The notes beneath the pieces are model-generated. The model had not been told where the DNA came from, did not search any database, and was given only the letters and a program-made list of their open reading frames with translations. Below, one piece after another: positions 36,270 through 47,300 of a stretch of 64,000 nucleotides of DNA; position 1 is the stretch's first letter; each line of letters starts with the position of its first letter. The position numbers were made by a program, and so were the translations under genes. The DNA is from a virus: IMG/VR virus record IMGVR_UViG_3300045996_002184; one strand, written 5' to 3'.

Positions 36270-39200
36270 TGCCAGATCCTAAGGACCTCAATAGTATATA
36301 TGATCCCAATGGGGTCAATGACCCGGTACCTGTACCGAAGGTTAAACCGCGCTCCCTTGATGAACTTCACAAGGGAGTTATGCGTACCTATACTAAGGCG
36401 GGTACGCCGGAAGAAGTTGATGTAAGTGAGTATATCGATTACATGCCGGGCGGTGTTTATACTACACGTAAACCAATTGACTTCATACGTGGAGAGAACC
36501 AGACAGTCGGAGAGAAACTCTGGCGTCGTACCGCTAACCTGATACCGAATATTGCAGCGGGACTGGTAGAAGGTGTTGGTTACCTCGGCGCACTGGCAAC
36601 TGAATGGGGTGATGATAAGGATTATTCCAACTGGCTCACCCAAGGTGCAGCCGCAATGAAGAACTCATGGGCTGGAGATACGTATAGAGAGAGCAATGAT
36701 GTGTGGGATATCGGTGATCCTACCTGGTGGATCGATAACGTTTTCTCACTGGCCGAGACCGCTACGACCTTTGCCATTGGTGGTATGGGTGCTTCCGCTG
36801 TCTTGGGAAAAGCGGCAAGTACTGTTGGTAAACTGGCTCAGGCCGGCCAACTCGGTACGCGTGCACTTAATGCAGGTGCAAAGCTTGGTACCGCAGGTTA
36901 CCTGGCGTTCACTGAAGGAGCCATGAGTGGCGCAAAGGTTTACGACCAGGTGTTCGATGATCAATTCAAAAAACATATTACCAATGGTCTTACGCCGGAA
37001 GAAGCAAAGGAGCGTGCAGCACATACTGCTTCTCAGTCTGCTGCGACTACCGTTCAGTTAAATACCATACTCAATACCGGTCTCAACCTCACGTCTATTT
37101 CTCCTTTCTTTCGTAAAGCAGATGACGTCGTAGGTGATATCATGAAGCAACAAATGCGTCGCCAGGCGGGAGAGACACTGGAAGACGTGGGTAAACGAGT
37201 GGCAGCGCTTGAAGCCAGTACGTTTGGAAAGCAACTGCGCTCGCGTAAAGGTTACCTGGCTGAAATGGGCCAGGAGTCTCTGGAAGAACTTACCAACCAG
37301 TTCGCTGAACAGACCGGTATCCAGGAAGGAACCAAAGGAAGAACCCATGGGTTCCTGGAGCAACTCGGTCAACTGGAGAACTACTTCGCCCGTACCATGA
37401 ATGAAGAGGGTGCACTTGCTGCAACCCTGGGAGCTTTCGGCGGGTTCGCGCAAACAGCGATCACTTATAACATGATACCGTCCAGGTCTGTCGAGAAACT
37501 CGGCAGTGACGGGCAGGCCCTGCAACGAGTGGATAAGGATGGTAATTTCCAGACTGATGCAGCCGGCAAACCGGTATATCAAAAGAAAAGGATATCAGCA
37601 CGCAGCTATGACAACTGGATGATGCAGCAACACTTCTCCAGTGTGAAGGACGCCGTGGCAAACGAGATAGATAATTTCACCAAGCTTCAGAATGAACTGG
37701 CGGTAGCTGCTGCCAAGGGAGATTCAGTAGAGGTGTCCAGGATCAAGCAAGAGATGTTCGATATCGGCCAGATCGCGGCCGTTCGTAATGGTCTCACTGA
37801 ACCGTGGATCGCTACCTATAACGATATTGCCGAGATGGATCAGGCTGAGGCTGTGAAGAAGGGCCTCGCTACTGACGATACCGATGAGGAGTTCAGGGCT
37901 AAGGCCAAGCAGGCTGGTGTGGAACTCAAAGAAGCTCAGCAGGAATACCAGGCTCTTCAGAAGAAATACGGTACGCTCTACGAAGATAACGCCGGTATGA
38001 AGCAAGTAGTGGACATGGTGTTTGCCCGCAAGATCGAACTGAAAGGTTGGGACAAACAACTCAAAGAGCACGATGAGAAACTGAAAGAGATCGAGAAAGA
38101 AAGAGATGAGCTGGCCAAACTCTCCAATCCGGAAGACTACGACCAGCACATGGCGGGTTATGTAACCAACGTCAAGGCTTCTCAGGAAGTGAACCAGAGA
38201 CTCAAAGCCGACCTGGAAGAACTCCAGTCTGCAGCTGCGTCCAATGACATCAAGAAGATCAAGCGTTTGCTTAAGAAATACCGTGCAGTCGGAGTCAATG
38301 ATTCAGATCTGCAGCCAGCGGTCGATGACCTGGTACGTAAGCTTGTCGCTCACAACGAGAAACTCCAGGCTAGGGTAAAGGAAGCTGAAGACACACTCTT
38401 TAATTCATCTGGTTTCACCGCCTGGCAGGCTGAGCATCCGGAAGGAAAGTTCGAAACATTTATGCAGGAGGTAGTCAAGAATTATTCACTTGACTCCCGC
38501 GCGATATCATATAAGGCGAGCATTGATGAGTCACGTAAGCAACACGCGATCGCTTCTCAGAACTTAGGTGACATACTGAAAACAAAAGGACTCCAGAAGT
38601 TTGCGTCAAAAGCAAAGTCCTGGAACGATCGTATTATGGAGGAGGCTGAGAACCTGGAAAAGGTAAAACTCGCCGACTTGCAAACCAGGGCCAAGGACAA
38701 GGCTACACTCAGGCGTATCGACAAGATACAACTGGACGCTATGGCCCAGCGTTACAAAGATGAGTTGGATAAGGTGGAAAAGAGGATCACGGAAGTGACC
38801 GCGCGGATTGCCGAGGTAAGAACAGAAAGAGAGAGCAAACCGTGGAGAGCATGGGATGAGAGAAAGATTTTGCGGCGCGAAGAGCTGCAACTGAAAAAAG
38901 AGCTGGAGCAACTGATTGCCCGGAAAAGAAAGCTCGAAACCCTTTACCATGATTCTCATATTGACACTTCTACTACTGGCGAGATGCCTGTACCTGTGGG
39001 AGAAGTTACAAAGGAAAACGATGAACTCGGAGAAGAAGAAACTCCGTCCGAGGTCGATCCTTTAACTGAAATAGAAAACTCATCTGTCCCGGCTGAAGAA
39101 GCAACTGAACCGGTAAAAAGCGAGGCTGATCGTCTGATCGAAGAGGCCCTGGCTGACGCACCGGTAGCGGAAGTGACCGAAGAGGAACAGCGTGAGGACC

Positions 39201-41374
39201 CGGAGATCGCTTACCTGGAAGCTGCTATGGCGGCACCGAAACCTGTACAGAAAGAACTGCTCAGGCTGCTCACTGGTATCCGTGACGGATCGATCGGGTT
39301 TTCCTATGACCTTTTAAAACAGCAAGTAAATGATGGTACTATTTCCCAGCCGGACGCTGCGCAACTACTGCAGAAACTTTACGATTACATCGAAGCTACA
39401 AGGTCACAGGAAGCGTTTACTCAAGTTGTTACAGAGAAGGTAGAGGAGCAGAAGAGTAACCTGCCCAAGGTTGATGTCAATGTCCCGGGACTCCCGGACT
39501 CGCCGGCCATCTTTATTATGGATGACGCGTTAGCTGAAGAGCTGCCGGGTGAGATGCACCACGGCGGAAAGAAGACCAAGGACGTACTCTCAGTTGCCAA
39601 CTCCACGATCAAGTACCGAGAAATAAAGCAAGGTGACAAGTACCGCAAAGTAGCTGATCCTACGTCGCTGTCAGAAACAACCAACCCGGATGTTTTGATA
39701 CCGGGGAAACTCACTGAAGGTCATCCCGTTCGTTTCGAGGTGGATACTGCCTACGATGGTGATATCAATATAGATGATTTCCATGTCCAGGACGAATACG
39801 GTGAGCGTGGCCAGCGCAAAGAGAAGACCGCCGATCGTATGCGCGCTGGCAGAGTAGTACCTACGGAAGATAACATTGGTAGTGTAGCGATCAAGGTAGT
39901 GGACACCGTTACCGGTAACACGATCGGTTATGTTCGCCGCCTTGACTGGGTTACCGCCAAGTACCCGGGTACCAGCGACTACCGTAACGTAGCTGATACC
40001 GAGGTGGTAAACGATACCGTGATCGATATTATGCCTCGTCATATTGATGAGATCATGAGCCTTCGCCGTAAGGTCATTGAGCAGTTCAACGCCAACGGTA
40101 CCGGGTTGGAAGGAGAGATCACCGGTAAAGGAACAGGATCGCTCATCAAGAATATACAGGTCAATCTCAATACAGATAAGACAAAAGCAGTACTAGGTCT
40201 TGCCCGTTCCAGTAAGCCTGAGAATTCAATGCTACCTGACGAATCGCTGGAGATTGCGGTTGTCCAGAGTGGTAAGGCTTACACCGGAAAGGATTATATG
40301 TTCAGCAGGTCTCAAGGGTTCGATACCGTAGATCTCCCTGATGGCTCGGTGGTTGTCATGCTCCCCGGGGCGAATGGGCAATACCTGTACGCACCACTCG
40401 TGGGCCACCGACTGGTAGACGATCAAAGGAAGACTGCCGTTAACGCGGTATCAAAAGCAATCGAGCTTTACCTATCCAATGACGGATCTAACCCGCAGGC
40501 GGAAGCTGAGATCCTGGAACTCCAGAAACTGAGCGGTTTTGATATCTCAACTGAGCAAGGACTGAAAGCTTTCATTAACCAGTATTTCACTTACTCTCAG
40601 GACTTCCTGGACTCAGTTACATCTGTTGCGGCGGCCAAAGATTCAGAAGAGGCTCAAGAGCGTTTCCTGTTCTCGATCCAGGAAAGGACCGGTACCCAGA
40701 ACAAAGGCAACATCAAGCTGGGCTGGAGCTATTCAGGCCGTGCTCCTGTCTACGCAAAGCTCACCGGTGGAAGACTGGACCCTAAATTTGTCGAGGCCCT
40801 GGAAGAAGGCTTTGCTACCCGCTCACGCGCAGTGGTATACACCAATCCGGAACTAGGTATCCGCGGTATCAACTCAAGTGGGTCGTTCACGGAGATCTAC
40901 GCCGATAAGAATGGTAAGTTCAAGCCACGTCACTTTCCTTCATACAACGAATACGTGAAGTCTTTCTCCCGTACGATCGTGTACGGACGTAACCAGATCG
41001 GTGACAGGTATGTGTATACGGCCAACCCGTCCATACCGTTCGCGGTCAAGGTAAAACCGGTAGCTACCAACCTGGTAGTGAAACAGAACGAAACTCCTGA
41101 CAAGGTCCAGGACAACCCGGAACTGCCTTACGATGCGAAGGCCGCCAATATGTTCGACCTGGACAATGAGTACAGGAGCGTAGAGGTCAGTGAGCGGGGA
41201 ACCGCCCCGGATAATGCCCGGGAGCTGAGTGTGCAGACTCTCACAGAAATCTATAACTTTACTCCCGTAGACAATCGCAACGGTAAGACCGTCCTGGAAG
41301 TATACGAAGACTTATTGAGCAGGGGCCACAGCTTCATACCGGATGGATTCAACCCGTTTACCCGTTGTCTCTAA
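36269..41374 (+). CDS. Virion RNAP-region protein 2 (hydrophobic segments plus long coiled coil)
   Basis: 1701 aa; ESLEELTNQFAE motif, glycine-rich hydrophobic helices, C-terminal FNPFTRC. Confidence 0.6.
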   Translation: MPDPKDLNSIYDPNGVNDPVPVPKVKPRSLDELHKGVMRTYTKAGTPEEVDVSEYIDYMPGGVYTTRKPIDFIRGENQTVGEKLWRRTANLIPNIAAGLVEGVGYLGALATEWGDDKDYSNWLTQGAAAMKNSWAGDTYRESNDVWDIGDPTWWIDNVFSLAETATTFAIGGMGASAVLGKAASTVGKLAQAGQLGTRALNAGAKLGTAGYLAFTEGAMSGAKVYDQVFDDQFKKHITNGLTPEEAKERAAHTASQSAATTVQLNTILNTGLNLTSISPFFRKADDVVGDIMKQQMRRQAGETLEDVGKRVAALEASTFGKQLRSRKGYLAEMGQESLEELTNQFAEQTGIQEGTKGRTHGFLEQLGQLENYFARTMNEEGALAATLGAFGGFAQTAITYNMIPSRSVEKLGSDGQALQRVDKDGNFQTDAAGKPVYQKKRISARSYDNWMMQQHFSSVKDAVANEIDNFTKLQNELAVAAAKGDSVEVSRIKQEMFDIGQIAAVRNGLTEPWIATYNDIAEMDQAEAVKKGLATDDTDEEFRAKAKQAGVELKEAQQEYQALQKKYGTLYEDNAGMKQVVDMVFARKIELKGWDKQLKEHDEKLKEIEKERDELAKLSNPEDYDQHMAGYVTNVKASQEVNQRLKADLEELQSAAASNDIKKIKRLLKKYRAVGVNDSDLQPAVDDLVRKLVAHNEKLQARVKEAEDTLFNSSGFTAWQAEHPEGKFETFMQEVVKNYSLDSRAISYKASIDESRKQHAIASQNLGDILKTKGLQKFASKAKSWNDRIMEEAENLEKVKLADLQTRAKDKATLRRIDKIQLDAMAQRYKDELDKVEKRITEVTARIAEVRTERESKPWRAWDERKILRREELQLKKELEQLIARKRKLETLYHDSHIDTSTTGEMPVPVGEVTKENDELGEEETPSEVDPLTEIENSSVPAEEATEPVKSEADRLIEEALADAPVAEVTEEEQREDPEIAYLEAAMAAPKPVQKELLRLLTGIRDGSIGFSYDLLKQQVNDGTISQPDAAQLLQKLYDYIEATRSQEAFTQVVTEKVEEQKSNLPKVDVNVPGLPDSPAIFIMDDALAEELPGEMHHGGKKTKDVLSVANSTIKYREIKQGDKYRKVADPTSLSETTNPDVLIPGKLTEGHPVRFEVDTAYDGDINIDDFHVQDEYGERGQRKEKTADRMRAGRVVPTEDNIGSVAIKVVDTVTGNTIGYVRRLDWVTAKYPGTSDYRNVADTEVVNDTVIDIMPRHIDEIMSLRRKVIEQFNANGTGLEGEITGKGTGSLIKNIQVNLNTDKTKAVLGLARSSKPENSMLPDESLEIAVVQSGKAYTGKDYMFSRSQGFDTVDLPDGSVVVMLPGANGQYLYAPLVGHRLVDDQRKTAVNAVSKAIELYLSNDGSNPQAEAEILELQKLSGFDISTEQGLKAFINQYFTYSQDFLDSVTSVAAAKDSEEAQERFLFSIQERTGTQNKGNIKLGWSYSGRAPVYAKLTGGRLDPKFVEALEEGFATRSRAVVYTNPELGIRGINSSGSFTEIYADKNGKFKPRHFPSYNEYVKSFSRTIVYGRNQIGDRYVYTANPSIPFAVKVKPVATNLVVKQNETPDKVQDNPELPYDAKAANMFDLDNEYRSVEVSERGTAPDNARELSVQTLTEIYNFTPVDNRNGKTVLEVYEDLLSRGHSFIPDGFNPFTRCL

Positions 41375-41380
41375 ACCCTT

Positions 41381-44300
41381 ATGTCTTCTGTATGTCATCA
41401 CCTGGCTCCCAACGGCCAGAAATCCATTCTTTACCAGCAACTAGAACTTAAGGTTGGTGCCGACAAGGCCCATGACATCTGGACGGACATCCGTTCCCAG
41501 CAGTTCTTGAATAAGCATGGCGACTGGACCAACACGACAGGATCGGTGGAGTCAGGATCTTCTTATACAAATCACTCCGGTGGAGCCAATGGGGCAGATA
41601 CCTGGTGGGAAAAGATCGGCAAGGAGTACGGTGTAGACCAACATAATCAATACTGGCACGGTACCAAGACACCTACTGGTAATTTCGAGATCAGTAATGA
41701 GGAGATTGAAGAGGGTTGGCAGCAGGTATTGAAAGCAAATCTGTCTCTTAAACGCAGGCCGAATGCAGCGAAGCATAAGTCCTTACTCGGCAGGAACTGG
41801 TTCCAGGTAAAAAACTCAGATGGCGTATTTGCGATAGGAAAGCTTGCTTCTCCCGCAACTGTTGACGGTGGAACAGGTTGGGCTGTACAGATGGCCATTG
41901 ATAATAACAAACCGGTTTACGTATTCGACCAGGAAACAATGGATTGGTACGAGTATTCCTATAAACTGAACAGATTCATAAGAACGACTACGCCAAAACT
42001 CACAAAGAACTTTGCCGGTATTGGTAGCAGGAAACTGACTGAGGCTGGTAAAGCAGCGATCCGTACGGTATATGCAAAAACCTTTACAGCGAGTACAGCA
42101 GAGATCTCGTTGGATATGAACGGTGAACCTACGATCGATTGGGTATTGGAACGTGTAAATGTTCAATCGGTACCAGTAGAACGTGAGGTTGTGAAAAGGT
42201 CATTCGAACCGGCCAAAGCAGTAAAGGTCTCGGAGCGTCAAACCGAAGAGGAATTCCTGGCTACGATCAAGAACTTCTACGATGAGGCAAGTAAGAACCC
42301 GGAGAAGATCTATACAGTGGATTACCTGGCCAAGTCTGAGAAGAAGCGTTACCCAAGCGGGTACACGTCCAAGGAACTGGCTATCCTCTTTGATTCGATA
42401 CCGATGCCATCTAACGTGGCCTTCACGGAAAGTTTCGGTAAGCTGATCGCTAATACTCCTCGCAGGATCCTTTCATCTTTCACTTCTATAATACCGGTGG
42501 AACTAATGGGAAGAGATGAGGCAGCAATTCACCAGGATATGGCCAGGCTGCTTGTACCAAGGATAGATGCCGATGGGAACCACGTAGGTTTCTTTGATTC
42601 AGCTGAACATCTGGAAGTAGTTAACTCCATGCTCTATACTACTGTAAAATACCTGACGAGTGATCCTTCCCTGAAGGGTAACGCAATCATCAAAGCTTTT
42701 TACTCGGCTAACGAGAGTCGTAAAGCGATGGATGCCGCTGGTATTCAAAATGACCGCAGGGAGAACCTGTTTCATATTTACCAGGCGAGAGAGCAGTTCG
42801 CTGATGCGCTGATCACAAAGCTGGAAACGCTGGGTTGGAAGATATCTGACCAGGCCCGTGCACGCATACTCTCCGGGGTACGGTACCTGCAGAACTTAGG
42901 TGAACGTGAAAAGCAGGTGATGGATGAAAAGGAACTGGAGTTTGCAGATACGCTTGATGATACAGAAGATTTTGAAGAGGCTATGGGTCACGGTCTTAAA
43001 GATTGGAACGACGTTGTGTTCGAACTTGACCCAAAGGACACTGCCTCAGCCAGGTTGAAACTCTTCATGGCAGTACTGCCTGAGATGGACCGCGGTGTAT
43101 TCACTGTGAGTGAGGAAGGAGTAAAGATCATGGACGCAGATATCATCCAGGCTGCCAAGACTGGTCCTGCCGCGCTTAAAGCTTTGAAGGAAAAAGACCC
43201 GGCGAGAATGTCTGGTCTTATGCGTTCGGTACACCGCAGGCAGATGTGGCTGGGTAGCCAGGAAGCTTCTGAGAACATGCAGAAGTTCCTGCAGGAAGAG
43301 TATCCAAGGATACCGATGACCAACTTTATCGGTCTTCGTAAGCTGGTGGATTTTGAAGAGATCTTTAAGGATACCATGGAGCTGCTCGCCGATCAGCCGC
43401 AGGACATTGGCAAGTATATAGAAACTCTTGCAGGTAGCGGTAAACCCAACCTGCAGAACCTGGCACTGGAACTGGAGCGGGCCCCGGAGCAACTCCAAAA
43501 CGAGTTTGCCAAGGTGATGAAAAAGCAGTACCAGCAATTCACCCTATTGCTGTTCAAGAACACCAAGGAAGACGGGATGGAGTTCTTTGAACTCAACCCG
43601 ATCAATGCCAATCGTTACAGCCAGAAAAATACCATACTCAAGCACTGGAAGGAAAACCAGAAGCTGTCTCCCATTATGATACCGGCCCCGGGTGGGGATC
43701 GCCAGATCGATACTGAGCGGGCAATCAAAAAGTGGGTCCCTTACCTGGAACGGGCAAGGTCAATTGATAAGTGGGTGACTGAAACGGTGGACAAGAATAC
43801 CAGGAGAAAAAAGAAATGGCTCACTGAGGAAGCCAAGCGCGAGGTAGCGACCTTTGGTAATATCCTTCGCTACGTCGGTATCGACATGAGTGATGAGATG
43901 CTCAAAGACCTTTTCCTCAATACTGAACGCTGGACCAAGGGTAGTAAGTATGAAGGTGGTATTGCTCGCCAGTTCATGGTGACCAAGGATGGGCAACCCA
44001 ACGGTATATTCTCGTCCATCATTATGAAGCTTGCCGGGTTTAGCAGTGACGCCGACCAGGAAGAAGATGTAGAACCGGCCAAGCGTGCTGAGCTGAATAA
44101 TCCACTCTATACCGAGAACAGTGCGATGAAGGTACTCTCAGCAGTGGCTGCCAAGTATACACCTGCACTTCACTCACCCAATCACAAGAGCGGCGAAGGA
44201 AAGAGCGTGTGGGATTACGGACTGCCTACCAGGCTTTCCAATACTGTGCTTGCTATGAAGACGGACTTCGAGGGGTTTAAGGCACAGTTCAAGGATATAG

Positions 44301-47300
44301 ATATCGCACGCGACAACTGGATGCTTACGCTGCTCAGTGATAATCCGAAGATGCAAAGTAAGATCCAGGTTGAGTACATGGATGTTATCAAACCGAGCTG
44401 GGCCAAAAAAGGTACCACCAGGCAAGGTATGAGCGATCGGGAACAGGCTTTGTTTGCGATAGGTAATTTCCAGAACAAGGGCCAGTCCCCAAAATATGTA
44501 TCACTCACCCACGCGGATAAAACAACCACACCGGTATTCTCCGGGTTTGGTAAAGCGGTGAACATCGGTAAGGTAATCGACGATCGTGGTGCGCACCTGC
44601 CACTCCCCTCAACCGTTGTGGGAGATATGACAAGTAAGTTTTTCCAGGTGTTTAAAGCGGAGCACTCCCGCATACTCAACCAGAAGAAGCCTACTAATAA
44701 CCGCCAGTACGATCAGGGTAAGCAACTCTTTTATTTCATACCGGACTTTAACTATGACGCGATGAAAGCCATGGTTGAGACTGGTGAGCTTACCGAAAAG
44801 GAGTTCACTTATATATGGGTGGGTGGCCAGAGGAACCTTACTCAAGTGATACACGACGATCGGGAACTGCCAGTGATCAATAAGATCATCAACCGTTACC
44901 TTGATCGTATCATCCTTAATACCGAGGAGCGTTGGATGAAGTACGGTATCATTGGAAAAAAGAACCTGCAGTTCGATCGGAAGTATATCCGTAAAATGCT
45001 CAAAGCCGCCGGTATCAAAGCAAGCAAGTCACCATCAGGTAAATACACCTATACGAATGATAAAGGTTTAATCCTTAGCGAGGAGCAGTTACGAACAATA
45101 ATGATAAAGACCGCAACAAGGGACTTTGCTGTAAACTATACGCTCTTTAACATCAGTACCTCACAGATCATGTTCGGCGATCCTGCCATGGCCTATAAGG
45201 GCAAAGATGGAATGAACGACCTGGAGAAGGTAGCTGCTACCATGAAGGAATACTCCAAACGTCTGGCCAAAGACATTGCCCCGGGTCAGGAAGGTAACTG
45301 GTTACCCAATGAACGAAAGTTCACCGCTATTACCCTTGCCGATGTGGAGACTTCAGAAAACTACCTGGAGAATACTGCACCTGAGCTGGCCAAGGCGTAC
45401 GGTAAGGTTGATGCGACAGACGCCCAGGAATTCACTACCGTGAAAGAGCACCTGAGAATACTCAAAGCCATGGGCCTGGTACCGGCGACAGTCTTCAATG
45501 AAATGGTAAAGATCATTGATGAAGCTGGTCCGGAAGGTTATTATGCTTTCGAGAAACCGGAACACCTGGAAGTGGTCATGCAGCCAATGAAACCAGTGTA
45601 TTCCTACACCAGGAAGGTTGGCCGGGCAATGATGGAAGATTACGTGAAGTCCTCTTCTTACCCACTCTACCCGCCAATGATACGTGGTACCGAGTTATGG
45701 CACTTGCGTACCATGATGGAGTTTGAAGGTATCGATCGCGCACATTTCGCCTCAGCCAAGAAATTGGGCCAGCCAACAGAGCCGGTGACTGTATTCAATA
45801 AGAAAGGTGAGTTTACCTTGCCTTCTACCGAAGTACTCAAAGCAGGCATCGTTCAACTGGACCGTGCAGGTTTCAGGATCCAGCAGGAAGTACCTTACGA
45901 GGAGACCAAAACGCATATCAAGACCGTGAGCCAGATGAATAAGCTCATCACTCAAGGGATTGGAAAGATATCAGGTTTCCAGGTACCGGGCCACGATAAG
46001 ATGAACGGTACTGAACTGCGCAAGCTGAAAGAAGAAGTTAGATCTAAGATGATCGGTCTTCAGCTCCGCGAGTTCCTGTCAAAGCTGAATATTGATGAAG
46101 ATACTCTGGACTTTAATGACAAGGGTAAAATCTATGAACTCCTGGTTGAGGAAGCTACCCGTAAGGGCTATACGCTTAATGAACTCCAGAGCCTGATCGG
46201 CCGTGATGAAAATGGTGAATTGCATATCCCGCTTGTTTACAATACCGGGGTTGACCGGTTTGAGTCGCTGCTGATGAGTATGGTAAAGAAGATCGTGGAT
46301 GTGAAGATGACCGGTAAGTCATTTATCCAGGCGTCTTCCGTTGGCTATTCATTCAAGGATGAGGCAAGTATCAACAAGAGCAAGATCGTATGGTTGGATG
46401 GATACGACGGTTCACCGCTTAAGACTTTGCACCACGATAAAGATGGTAAGGTTAGAGCAGCTCAGGTACTGGTACCGTTCAACTTTATGGACGCTAGTGG
46501 TAACGCAGTTGACATTTCAAAGTATACTATCCGCCGTGACGGCCGGACTTATATAGATGAGACCAAGATCCCAAGGGAACTGATGCAGTTGATCGGTGCG
46601 CGTATTCCCAACCAGGGTCACAACTCCATGTTACCGATCGAGATAGTTGGCTTCGTGCCAGCAGAGATGGGAGATATCATTGTGGTACCGTCGGCAATCA
46701 CTAAACAGATGGGAGCTGACTTTGACGTGGATAAACTGTTCACCTACCGTAGGCCGTACGTTATCCAAGAAGACGGCTCGTTCACTATGGTACCGCTGGA
46801 AAGTGAAGACCAGATGGCAAAGCTCCAGGGCCAGTACTTCGATATCCACTGGGCAGTACTCATGCATCCAAAGATGACCCAAAAGATCTTGAGTCCGCTG
46901 GATAAGAAGGATCTGAAACTGGAGGCTGAGAAACATGATCCGAAAACACTGGTTGATTTCTATGATGTAAACTCCCAGATGGATGACTTCCAGCGCGGTA
47001 AGGATGCCAAGCTCCTGGTAGGTGCTACATCTCTTTCAGTGACATTCAACTCAGTGATAGAAGACAAGGCTTTGCATATCGTAAAGCAGGTACTGGTAGA
47101 CAGTGATGAAGTAGAAGGAGAAAAGAAAGTAAAGATCGTTCGTGACCATGTTTATGTACTCGGTGACAACGGAGAAGAGATCGGGCTCACCAATCTCTCC
47201 GGAGAAGGTAAGTCCAGTTATAACGGTGAGGAACGTACCAAGCATGACAACCATACTACCATTCAGTCTGCGGCAGTGGATAACGCCAAGGAGAGAACCC

